From Andalucia godoyi And28 (taxonomy: Eukaryota > Protista > Jakobida): a stretch of DNA of 64,000 nt. Where the stretch lies: assembly GCA_009859145.1 (NCBI GenBank), contig VRVR01000047.1, positions 128,934-192,933 of the forward strand, read 5' to 3'. Each line of letters starts with the position of its first letter. Position 1 is the stretch's first letter. The position numbers and the translations under genes were made by a program. This document shows, one piece after another, positions 29,483 through 39,070 of the stretch. The notes under the pieces were generated by a model that was given only the letters and a program-made list of their open reading frames with translations, was not told the DNA's origin and did no database searches.

Positions 29483-31303
29483 CTACTTTCTTCGGCCATT
29501 GCGCAAACGCTTCTGTTGTTGCTTGTGGCCAATGTTGAATCGAGCAAGAACAGACTTGATTTGCTTGGTTCCATTCTCCGAGGAATCAGGGTTTGCTACC
29601 TGAACGACTTCTGCAGCCTTGTACTTCTTCCCGGAAGGTTTGGAGGACATCGCTGCTTCTCCTTGCGCTCCTGACACAGCCTCCTCTTCTCGCATTCGCT
29701 TCCTCTCTTGCAGGGACTCCTTCACTCTCTCAAACCGCTCACGCTGTGCGGAGTTATGGAGCGCTGTTGGCCGGTTCCGACCCTTCATCTTCTTCGTTTC
29801 CTTTCTCTTGGCCAGCCGTTTCTTCCGGTCGTCTTCTTCAGCCTCCTTGCGATCCTGCTTTTCAAACTTCTTCGCATCGGACGAAACAGAGCCGACAAAC
29901 GTAGGGTCCAGCGTAATCATGTCAGGAGCAATCTTGTCGAGCAGCTTATGCACAAGTGCTTCTCTTGCCTGATCTCGAGTCTCAAATGGATTGGCAACGT
30001 ACGAGTCAAAGTTCGGCTCTCCCGATCCCGGAACGATCATCGAACCAACGCCCTTTGTGTGCGAATATCCCAAAATATCTTCGTACGGTGCAAAACAAAC
30101 ATTTGAGACCTGGAGTCGGTGCTCGAGAGTATGGGCCATGTACGGCGCAGCAGGTTTGACCAGAAATGGAGCGCTCGACGTGTCCGTGGAATGGTATCCA
30201 ATTGCCTCCGGTTTCCAGATCTCAATACGACTCGACTGGTTGGGCTGCGCGATTCCGACAGCAAGCATTCCCTTTTGAGAAACGGCCAGCGAAACAGGCA
30301 CCCCGCTTCCTCTTGCCACCCCAATCTCTCCAGCATCTTTCGCCTTGATCGCATTAGACGAAGAAGAAGTGTAGCAATGATAAGACGCGAGGGGCCGATA
30401 GGAATTTCGAAGATCCCAGATCCGCACGACTCCATCTCCACCCCCCGTCACCATAGTATTTCCGCGCGGATCAAACGCAATGCTCAGCACGGGAGCCTTG
30501 TGGCAGTGCATCTTCAGTAACGGGGTTCCCAAAGACGGCGCCCACATCGAAACCGAACCACCAACATGTCCAACAGCAACCACTGCATTGTGCGGGTTCA
30601 GTCCAAAGGTGTGTGACTCGCCAAGCCGCGTTCGGTGCGACGCTACCAGCTGTCCCGTGCTCACATCCACCCACTTCACATAGCCCGTTCTCGACAGCGT
30701 GGAAAGAAGAAAGTGATACGGCAAAAACTGCATTCGTGTCACGTCAATATGATCCCCCAATTTGTGGAGCTCAACTCCCTGATCATCATATACATACACA
30801 TACTTTCGTTGCGCGATTGCCACATGAGACTCATCGTGCAAAAAGACGGCATCTCGACAAACGTCCGCATCGGTCGCAGCAGGAAGCCATTCCTTGATCA
30901 GCTTGGCTTGCTTCCATTGAACAATCGCCACATGACCTTGCATTCCAGCCATTACCGCGCTTCGTCCATTCGTAGAATACGCCATTCGATACGGCCCATA
31001 AGGCAGGCTCAGCGAAAACGCTGCTTTTCGAGCTGTTTCCACATTCACAATGCTCGAGATCGCAGCCTGCGAGAAGCGATGCGTTTGCTCAACATCCGTG
31101 TCCGCCTCCAGAAACCCGGCAGAACCCGTAAGCATCATTTCAGAGGCCTCCATTGATGAAACCGCACGCGAAATATCGTTACGCGCTTCGCCCAAAAGCC
31201 GATTAGCCTTCTTATCGTACGTCTTCAGCCTTTTCGTTGACGAAAATACACGCGGATCACGCATGTACTTGCTCGAAAGCACATCGGGCTGGTTCGACTC
31301 CAT
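29483..31303 (-). CDS. WDR46: WD repeat-containing protein 46 / Utp7 (SSU processome)
   Basis: LPYGPYRMAYSTNGR, AIAQRKYVYVYDDQGVELHKL, MQFLPYHFLL, BING4-CT region VPGSGEPNFDSYVANPFETRDQAREALVHKLLDKI. Confidence 0.95.
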   Translation of the reverse strand: MESNQPDVLSSKYMRDPRVFSSTKRLKTYDKKANRLLGEARNDISRAVSSMEASEMMLTGSAGFLEADTDVEQTHRFSQAAISSIVNVETARKAAFSLSLPYGPYRMAYSTNGRSAVMAGMQGHVAIVQWKQAKLIKEWLPAATDADVCRDAVFLHDESHVAIAQRKYVYVYDDQGVELHKLGDHIDVTRMQFLPYHFLLSTLSRTGYVKWVDVSTGQLVASHRTRLGESHTFGLNPHNAVVAVGHVGGSVSMWAPSLGTPLLKMHCHKAPVLSIAFDPRGNTMVTGGGDGVVRIWDLRNSYRPLASYHCYTSSSSNAIKAKDAGEIGVARGSGVPVSLAVSQKGMLAVGIAQPNQSSRIEIWKPEAIGYHSTDTSSAPFLVKPAAPYMAHTLEHRLQVSNVCFAPYEDILGYSHTKGVGSMIVPGSGEPNFDSYVANPFETRDQAREALVHKLLDKIAPDMITLDPTFVGSVSSDAKKFEKQDRKEAEEDDRKKRLAKRKETKKMKGRNRPTALHNSAQRERFERVKESLQERKRMREEEAVSGAQGEAAMSSKPSGKKYKAAEVVQVANPDSSENGTKQIKSVLARFNIGHKQQQKRLRNGRRK

Positions 31304-31685
31304 CCTTTGGTTTTAACAGGATCTCTTTGCTTATTTCTTCCAATCGCGAACTGTCTCCAAACTTTTGGGAGGAAAATAAAGAACAGTAATTTAAAAATAA
31401 AAAAAACTCGCAGAAATCCAATAATTAAATATTAAAAAGAAACCCAATAATTAATAAATCGACAAACATAAATAAAAACCATAATACAAACAGTAAATTC
31501 AAAAACATTCGCTCTTTTGTACGCACTCGACTACGGAATGAGCAAGGTCGTGTCTTCTTGTTTTTCTTCTTCTTCTTTCGTTTCAAGCGTGCCCTGACGA
31601 TGGTCTGTCATCTGTGTGCCAGATGGTGATAAGGACAGGCTAGGAGTGATTTTACGAGAGGTTGATGTTCTTTCCGGTTCTAGGC

Positions 31686-32675
31686 TCAGGAAGCTGAGAT
31701 GACAGAGCCTGGTGCTTGGGGAGCGGGATCATTGGTTGGGACTACATACGGATTCTGCTGCACGGGATCGGCTGGAGGAGCAATGTATGGATTCTGTACT
31801 GCGCCACCGGTTTCTGTGCCTGTCGTGTTCAAATCAGGTGGTCCCTGCGACGGTGCCTCAATATCTGCTGCAATTTGCGCTTTGCTTGCGGAGGCATAGG
31901 CAGGATCGGGGTTGACAGAGGCAAGACTGTAGACCTGGACATCTGAATATGTGGTGGTGATAGTGGTTGTCGTGGTGGTGCTTCCAGCGGTGGTGGAATA
32001 CGACACGGTCTTGGAGACTGTATACAAGCCAAGAAGGTCAAAAGTTCCTTCGTCTTTCTCCACAACACCACCGAACATTCTGCTCGCGCAAATACCAAGG
32101 TCCACGAAGGGCACGATGATCCACAGAAACTTGGCGGAACTGTCGTTGTTGTTCATGCCAAGAATGATGGTCAGCAGCGTGATGATGAAGAAGAGAACGA
32201 GCCACACTGAATACAGGAACCGGACGAGTTTGCTCTTTGCAAGAACCAGAGGCAGCCAGTCGATCCACCGAGTGTACGTTTCATAAATGAACGTCAGGAA
32301 CTGCTTCTCCACAACGTTGTAGCTCGAGACCATCGGGCCTGTGTACGTCAACAAACGTTTGCGGCGGAACCAAATGTGAGCTGGATTGTAAACCGTGACA
32401 TTCATAATCAACCGCACGATGATGGAGATCAAGAACAGCACACCGTACCACTGACTCACCGCAATGGACGTTCCCAGAATGATGTACAGCATGATAAGAA
32501 TCACAAGTTGCACAACAGACATTACAATCACTTTGCTGCTCGCGGCCGTTTCGTAGTAATCGAGCGGATTGAACGTGTGCAGCTTCCAGGCATTGCCACG
32601 GAACCGAGAATCGGTCGTGTACTTGCGCAGGTTGCCGTCTGTGTCACGGTATGCTACCGACAGATCATTCACCAT
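31686..32675 (-). CDS. Hypothetical membrane protein with about 4 TM segments and Pro-rich tail
   Basis: Two hydrophobic hairpins (VVQLVILIMLYIILGTSIAV / YGVLFLISIIVRLIM and LYSVWLVLFFIITLLTIILGM / FLWIIVPFVDLGI); duplicated QNPY motif in the tail; ATG at 32675. Confidence 0.7.
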   Translation of the reverse strand: MVNDLSVAYRDTDGNLRKYTTDSRFRGNAWKLHTFNPLDYYETAASSKVIVMSVVQLVILIMLYIILGTSIAVSQWYGVLFLISIIVRLIMNVTVYNPAHIWFRRKRLLTYTGPMVSSYNVVEKQFLTFIYETYTRWIDWLPLVLAKSKLVRFLYSVWLVLFFIITLLTIILGMNNNDSSAKFLWIIVPFVDLGICASRMFGGVVEKDEGTFDLLGLYTVSKTVSYSTTAGSTTTTTTITTTYSDVQVYSLASVNPDPAYASASKAQIAADIEAPSQGPPDLNTTGTETGGAVQNPYIAPPADPVQQNPYVVPTNDPAPQAPGSVISAS

Positions 32676-33406
32676 GATGTGTGTCCTTCTTTTTTCTTTT
32701 TGTTGGTGTCCACAAGTCACAGAGAAAAGCGAAACGCTGGGCTAAAAAGAAAAGAAAAAGAGTAAACAATAAAAACACTCTTTTAAGCTTCTCAGGCTGG
32801 AGATATAAAAAAAATATGAACAGCGTTCCTGCTTGTCAAGAAAGAGAAATAGAAGGGCACTGCGTTCTCGCAGACCTGGTGTTGATTGAGAAGCGTCACG
32901 ATGTTTCCTTTCGACCGGCGAATCTTTCCCTTCCGACGCATCGCAATCAAGAGGTGTGCATGATTGATGTTTCAACGGACGCTTCCGGAACCGCACTTGC
33001 TTCACGGCCTCTGGGGCGTTATGATCTCTTTCGTGCTTGCTAGGGCGGAAATCGTCAGTGCATTTTGTTTTCCGTTTTCGATCTGCTTTGTCTGTCATGC
33101 TGCCTCCTCCGATTCCCGACGGTTTGCTGCGACGGACTGTGAGCAGCTCATGCAGCTTCCCCTTTGAAAACACCTTCACTCGAACGTGCGATCTGCGCAT
33201 ACGTTTCTTTACCTGTGCAGAGCGATGTCGATGACGTCCCGCTGCGATGGACACCTCACATCCCCACCCAACAGCCTGCCTTCGAGCGAAAGGCGCGAAA
33301 GGCCCCTGCTCCCTGGCGGGCACGTCTTCTGGCTGCACCGCCCGCCATTTCGTCCGCTCGCCAAACCATGAATCATTATGGATCATCAGCTAAGAGACAG
33401 GTCCAG

Positions 33407-33570
33407 TTTGGGGCGAGCACCAACTCTGCATCAAAGGGGTCATCGCTTCTTCCTGCTCTCCGCCTCCGACGAGAGGGAATCAGGGGTTTCTTGGTTCTCG
33501 GTATCTTCGGGCATGGCCGGTTTGAGTTTGTTTGGAAGATCCCTCTTTGAAGCCTTGCGATGCTTTGTCT
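33407..33570. repeat. Dispersed repeat, copy 1 (pairs with 42108-42255)
   Basis: The core 33486-33570 aligns with 42172-42255 with 8 differences in 85 nt by manual alignment, in the same orientation. Confidence 0.9.
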
Positions 33571-34436
33571 TTGTCTTTTGATGAATGGTGCTGCTTGAGC
33601 ATTCGATTATTTAAAACACAGACAAACAGAAAATAATAGAAAGAAAAGAAACGTGAAGAGTGAAGGACTTCTAGACACATAAACAAACTTCCAGCATGAT
33701 GTTGTTAGTTTGATTTGCAACATTAACACACAAAGCTCTCAACCGTCCTTCGAAATTACAAAATCATCTGGCATTTTATTTTTTCCTCCGGCGGCAAATG
33801 GCAATCGGCAGAACACATAGGTCGATATCTGCCTTGATCTTTTCGCACACACGTGGGGGGTTGTGGGGCTAGAGGCCAGTGGACCATTTGAGCGCGAGAG
33901 GTAAAACATAAAAAAACAGCAGCAAAGCACACGTTTTTTAACAGTACTTTTCATTTCATTGCAGACCTGCCGATACGTTCCTGGGGTGTGCATGGTTTTC
34001 TGACACGTCCGTTTTTCTCGCTCGTGAGCGGACAGCCCCGCAGCGTTCTCTTTTTTCTAAGTACGCACCGGGTCAACAACGCCTTTTCAGTCGTCGTTTT
34101 TTGTTGCATCCTGCATCTACTCGACTGTAGTCGTTAAAAAAGAGCCCACACTTCCTGTTATGGAAATTCAAGAAAAGAGTGAAAGAGTGCGAATCAACCA
34201 AAACGGGACTCGAACGACCTGCTTTAGAACTTGCTTGAGATTCAATGCCCTTCCCAATAGCCAAAAAGACTTCAGTGCCTGCTGTTCCCTTTCTTTTTTT
34301 ATATTAAAACTCTGCTTCAGTCTCCTGACCCATCGATTCCCATTCGCCTGTTTCCTTCCTATTCCCCAAACCCCCCACTGCGCACACTTTAAACACACAC
34401 TCACGCTTACTCTATATCTTTGTTTCGGTATTCGCG

Positions 34437-35984
34437 ATGGATCCTGCATGTCTGCATCGTGTTGTTGAAGAAGACCGGAAGTTTCCTGTTCCGTCCGTGG
34501 CGCTGTCGTACGGCACTGCAGGGTTCCGGACTCAAGCGACTCATCTTTCTCGTGCGCTGTTTCGGATTGCGATTGTGGCGTGTCTACGGTCGATTTCGGT
34601 GCACGGACGGCCTGTGGGTGTGATGATCACGGCGTCGCACAACCCCGTTGAGGACAACGGAGTCAAGATCATTGATGCAAGTGGCGAGATGCTGGAATCT
34701 TCTTTTGAGCCGTACGCGACTCGTCTTGTGAACGTCGCCAACGAGAGTCTCGAAACCGAGATCAAGGCCATCTGGGGTGCAATCCAAGTTCCGGGAAGTC
34801 CAGACACGAAGCCCACGGTTACGTCGGGGTACGATACGCGGCCGTCCTCTCTGGACCTCGTGAAGGCGCTTGATGCCGGAGTCCGTGCATTTGGTGGGAC
34901 GCATCGGTGCCACGGGCTCGTCACAACACCTGTCTTGCATTACTGTGTGATGAAGAGCTGCATCCCCGAGGTTTTTTATTCGGACACACAGGCCGCATAC
35001 CGCGATCTGTGCGCACTTGCAAACATCAAAGAAAACGTCGACCATGTGGTGTTGGACGCTGCGAACGGCGTGGGGGCTCTGGCGGTTCGGCAGATTGCGC
35101 CGTGGCTGCAAATCGTGCACGACGGATCCCTCGTGGGAACAGTAGCTACGGAGCAGCTGAACCACTTGTGTGGCTCCGAGCATGTGCAAAAAGAAAAGGA
35201 GTGTCCTGTGGAGCATCCAGCGGTCGGCACGGTGTACGCCTCGTTTGACGGAGATGCAGACCGCTTGGTGTTCTCGTATGTCGCGGAAAAGAACGAAAAA
35301 AATGGAGAGCGTGTGTTCCGGCTCATCGATGGCGACAAGATTGCGACGCTGTTTGCAATGTTTTTGAGACGGTTTGACCCGAATGTGCAGGTCACTGTCG
35401 TGCAGACTGCATATGCCAACGGATCGTCCACCTCGTTTCTGAAGAGCTTGGGCGTGAACATCAAGATGGCCAAGACAGGGGTGAAGTACCTGCATCACGA
35501 AGCAGCCCATGCCGATGTTGGCATCTACTTTGAAGCAAACGGGCACGGAACCGTCTTGTTTTCTCCAAAGGTAGTCTTCTCGCTTTCCAAGGAGTCACAG
35601 GCGCTGCACAGACTTCTGCACCCCACCGTCGGGTGTGCAATCCGCGATATGCTAGCTGTTCTCTGTGCGCTTCCCATGGTCGACCTCACATTTGAAAAAC
35701 TTGCAGATCTGTACTCGGATATGCCGTCGAAAATGACCAAGATCATTGTCAAGAACCGAAATGTGTTTGTTCCCAACAGCGACGAAACACGCCTCGTGGA
35801 ACCAGCGCCTGTGCAGGCGGAGATCGACCGTATCTGTGCGCTGTACGCCTCCAAGAGTGCACGCAGCTTCGTCAGACCCTCGGGGACCGAGGATTGTGTC
35901 AGGTTGTACGCAGAGGCTGCAGATGCCGAAACCGTCAGCACCGTCATCCAACTCGTCACACTGGCCTTGGCCAGCTACTGCTAA
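34437..35984 (+). CDS. PGM3: Phosphoacetylglucosamine mutase
   Basis: LSYGTAGFR, catalytic GVMITASHNPVEDNGVK, metal loop FDGDADR, YFEANGHGT, FVRPSGTED. Confidence 0.97.
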   Translation: MDPACLHRVVEEDRKFPVPSVALSYGTAGFRTQATHLSRALFRIAIVACLRSISVHGRPVGVMITASHNPVEDNGVKIIDASGEMLESSFEPYATRLVNVANESLETEIKAIWGAIQVPGSPDTKPTVTSGYDTRPSSLDLVKALDAGVRAFGGTHRCHGLVTTPVLHYCVMKSCIPEVFYSDTQAAYRDLCALANIKENVDHVVLDAANGVGALAVRQIAPWLQIVHDGSLVGTVATEQLNHLCGSEHVQKEKECPVEHPAVGTVYASFDGDADRLVFSYVAEKNEKNGERVFRLIDGDKIATLFAMFLRRFDPNVQVTVVQTAYANGSSTSFLKSLGVNIKMAKTGVKYLHHEAAHADVGIYFEANGHGTVLFSPKVVFSLSKESQALHRLLHPTVGCAIRDMLAVLCALPMVDLTFEKLADLYSDMPSKMTKIIVKNRNVFVPNSDETRLVEPAPVQAEIDRICALYASKSARSFVRPSGTEDCVRLYAEAADAETVSTVIQLVTLALASYC

Positions 35985-36165
35985 GTGCGAACACGCGAAC
36001 ACGCGAACACCACAGCCCCAACCACCAAAAAAAAGGCCCTTCCTCTCTTCTGGCACTATACCCCGAGAAAGTACTGTAAACAAGAAACCCATGGTTCTAC
36101 CATGTCGGGTTCTTCCCATCCTTTCTCCTTGGCTGCTGCACACATACCAGGTTGTCTTTTTACTG

Positions 36166-36320
36166 ACGCCTACGGTACATTATACACTGAACATGCATAT
36201 CTACGAATAGACATGCATATTCAATCTTGCATCCTGTTACCGGGAAGGGGATAGGCCCCAACACGCCTCACGGCGCTCTTCAGATAGATGTTCCGCGCTC
36301 CGTTCCCAATCTCGATCAAT
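36166..36320 (-). ncRNA. Candidate omegaRNA scaffold of copy A
   Basis: Lies at the ORF 3' end and right end, as TnpB/Fanzor omegaRNAs do; hairpin ATATGCATGTCTA-TTCG-TAGATATGCATGT (36220-36191) and a GUAA-capped stem. Boundaries are inferred. Confidence 0.55.
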
Positions 36321-36748
36321 CTGTGAGCCACTTTCTCAGCGTGACACGTTGTTCCTGAGAACGGTGCATTTTGATTCTGACGGCCCTAGCAGCAGGCGTA
36401 GTGACACGTGGTCTCTTAGGAGGTTGCGGGACGTAGGAGGCCCTGTATCGGGCGGCGTAGGCGTAGGCGTAGGCGAATGCGTCGTCCCAGCGCACTTACG
36501 CCCACATTTGAATAAAAACGTGAAACCAAAAAACCAAACCAACGAATGATAGAATGATAGATGGCTATGGATGCTGCGTTAAAGAGTGTCGAAAATGCAG
36601 AGCCTGTGTCACCGGCTGAATTTTGGCCGAGCGTGCGTAAGCACGGATTCCCCTGTGAAACAAACGTGCTAGTGTCGGCAAGTATCGACCGCCTCTGTTT
36701 ATGGATACTTCCTTCCGTATGCATGACAATGACCTGTTATTATTCATC
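36166..36748 (-). mobile_element. Non-autonomous, internally deleted TnpB/Fanzor2-type element (copy A)
   Basis: The minus strand encodes PPKRPRVTTPAARAVRIKMHRSQEQRVTLRKWL (36387-36325 for the RAV...WL part; IS605-OrfB HTH/wedge-type motif). It abuts IDRDW[+1 nt]NGARNIYLK (36320-36278; RuvC-III), then VGAYPLPGNRMQD-stop. Inverted homologue of 50471-50853, with 12 differences over about 226 nt of core. Confidence 0.8.
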
Positions 36749-36876
36749 CGTGTATGTTGCACACGCATGAGCAAGAGGGCCGATCGTGCAAGAGAAGGCG
36801 TTCTTTCCTGGTTCATTCGAAAAATTCCAGGACCCGAAAACAAGGTGACGGCGACAGCGACCAAGAAGACGAAGGG

Positions 36877-38592
36877 ATGGGTGAGTGGCGTGACGTGTCG
36901 TTTTGGGTTCCTTTAAGTAGCCTTTTTCTAGTTGCTGCGACGCTTCTGTGCAGTCCGATGGCCTTCTCAACGGATCTTGATGTCCATTTGAATTGGTTGT
37001 CGATCACAAACAAACTTGATATTTGCAAATGGTATCATGAAGAGCGCTTTTCGCAGTGGACTCTGGACTATCCGCCGTTTTTCGCGCATTTTGAATATGC
37101 ATTGTCCCTGATTGCGGATCTCAGCGACCCTTCGATGCTCTCGCTTGTGCCTCCGTCGACTCCCTCAAAGTCTGCAGTGCTGTTTCATCGGTTGTCGTCT
37201 GCGGCGGGATTTGCTGTGTATCTTTTGGCCTTGGTGAAGCTCTTGCAAGCGTCGTACGAGTTTATCCAACGAAGATTTGGTGGGTCTGCCGTCCAGCCAT
37301 CCGATTATCGAAAATGGCTGCTGTTTGTCGCATTGTTCAACGTGTTCCATCCAGTCCTGATTATGGTGGATCTCGTCCATTTTCAGTACAATGCATGGCT
37401 AATGACACTGTTTCTTGCGGCACTGATATCCACCTTCAAGTCGCTCTCTGAAGCATCCACTGCGAGCGACTCTGCGGCACCGTCCGTGATTATGGGTGCT
37501 GTCTTGTTTTCCATTCTTGTCTTGTCCAAACACATTTTCTTATACTGTGCACCTGCATTCGGAGTAGCAGTGCTGCTTTCCTGCATGCACCGTGAGGGCA
37601 CTAGCACCGGCCATGGTGTCGTTTTCAACTCGAAGAGGCTGGTGCTCACAGCAGCAGTGTGCCTTGCCGTGGTCGTTGGGGCGATTCTGCCGTTTGGTTT
37701 CTGCGGAAGTGGGGGCGGCGTACTGGATTTTGCAGCATCGCTGCATTCAGAGATCCGCCAAATACTCAGTCGGCTCTTTCCATTTGGCAGAGGTCTTTCG
37801 CATGCCTACTGGGCGCCCAATGCATGGTCATTTTACAACTTTGCAGAGATTGCGCTTCGTTTTGTTTCCGGAAGTGATGCTCCCTCCTTGACGCGAGGTC
37901 TTGTCGGAGAATCCACTCCGTTTGTTATATTGCCGAACATTACTCCTGGATTCACAGCACTGGTCTCTCTGTGCTTCATGCTCCCATCCGTGTGCGCCTT
38001 GATCCGAGCGCATTTCGCAACTTCCAAACGCGTGGACTCGGGTATCGCCTTCTTGCACTCCGTGTACTATTGCTTCCTTACGAGCTTCATGTGGGGGTGG
38101 CACGTTCACGAGAAGGCCATCGTCTACACAATCCTTCCGCTGTCCATTCTGTTCTTCTGCGAACAGTGCATGGCGGAGTACGTGGTGGACTCGGCGCAGA
38201 CCTCCGTCGAGTACTTTCAAAACCGTGCAGACTCGACATTCTGGTCTCTTTCTATCCTCTCCCTCATGGGGTCTCTGTCTATCTTTCCACTGCTGTGGTG
38301 GGCCGGGGCAATCCCATTCCGATCGATTCTACTGATTGTGTTTTCGTTAATGTTTAATATTTATGCTCCTCAGAACCGGGCCAAGTCGTGGCTTTCCAAA
38401 CTGGTCTCGTACTACGCGCTAGCATGGCCTGCATTTGAACTTGTTTCAGTCGTACTCCCTTTCTCTGCGGCTGGCCAGCGGTTCCCCTTTGCGTCCAAAA
38501 TGCTCTACTCTATATACTGTGCAGTTCCAATTGCCGTTCTCTGGGCTCAAGCTCTCGGACGCGAGTATGCAACCGCCCGAAACCGAATATGA
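36877..38592 (+). CDS. ALG8: Dolichyl-P-Glc:Glc1Man9GlcNAc2-PP-Dol alpha-1,3-glucosyltransferase
   Basis: STDLDVHLNWLSIT, QWTLDYPPFFAHFEYALS, DLVHFQYN, RLFPFGRGLSHAYWAPNAW, GWHVHEKAI; ATG at 36877. Confidence 0.93.
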   Translation: MGEWRDVSFWVPLSSLFLVAATLLCSPMAFSTDLDVHLNWLSITNKLDICKWYHEERFSQWTLDYPPFFAHFEYALSLIADLSDPSMLSLVPPSTPSKSAVLFHRLSSAAGFAVYLLALVKLLQASYEFIQRRFGGSAVQPSDYRKWLLFVALFNVFHPVLIMVDLVHFQYNAWLMTLFLAALISTFKSLSEASTASDSAAPSVIMGAVLFSILVLSKHIFLYCAPAFGVAVLLSCMHREGTSTGHGVVFNSKRLVLTAAVCLAVVVGAILPFGFCGSGGGVLDFAASLHSEIRQILSRLFPFGRGLSHAYWAPNAWSFYNFAEIALRFVSGSDAPSLTRGLVGESTPFVILPNITPGFTALVSLCFMLPSVCALIRAHFATSKRVDSGIAFLHSVYYCFLTSFMWGWHVHEKAIVYTILPLSILFFCEQCMAEYVVDSAQTSVEYFQNRADSTFWSLSILSLMGSLSIFPLLWWAGAIPFRSILLIVFSLMFNIYAPQNRAKSWLSKLVSYYALAWPAFELVSVVLPFSAAGQRFPFASKMLYSIYCAVPIAVLWAQALGREYATARNRI

Positions 38593-38901
38593 AAACATGC
38601 ATCATTAAAATAAATAAATAAATAAATAAATGAATAAATGAAAAAACACTCTCTCCTTTCTTTTTCTTTCTTTCTTCTTTGACTTGTTGTTATGCAGTGC
38701 ACAGAACGTGCCATCTCTGTTCACTTTCAAACTCAACTCCTGAGCAGGAACACACACGCAGCCCAGAGCTGAACAGCGAAGACACGACGTTTCTCTTCCG
38801 TAGTGCACAAAACCCTTTCTCATTCGAATGTCATCCCTGTGCCTTTTTGACACTTTTAATTAGTATTTTGACTTCTTTTGCTTCACGCATTTACGTTTCA
38901 G

Positions 38902-38903
<2 letters not shown>

Positions 38904-38970
<67 letters not shown>

Positions 38971-38971
38971 G

Positions 38972-39015
<44 letters not shown>
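38904..39015 (+). repeat. Compound microsatellite (ATT)n(GTT)n
   Basis: Directly visible; switches from ATT to GTT at 38971. Confidence 0.97.
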
Positions 39016-39016
<1 letters not shown>

Positions 39017-39070
39017 TTCTTCTTATTCTTCTTCTTTCCCGTGCTTTGTAACTGGAGGTAGTTTGAGAAG

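Noticed and set aside
32742-33386. 214-aa minus-strand ORF as a functional gene
   Set aside because: It has low-complexity, basic composition, no motif, and is tied to the decayed repeat with a lost ATG; treated as a probable relic.
33800-33900. Weak similarity (ggtcgata..tgcc) to the left end of the Fanzor mini-element
   Set aside because: Only about 12 nt match and there is no colinear continuation, so it is compatible with chance.
36166-36748. Reading the repeated element as an snRNA, snoRNA or telomerase RNA (e.g. atacttcc resembling the U1 5' end)
   Set aside because: The U1-like bases are not conserved in copy B, there is no Sm site or telomeric template, and the TnpB peptide motifs explain the sequence better.
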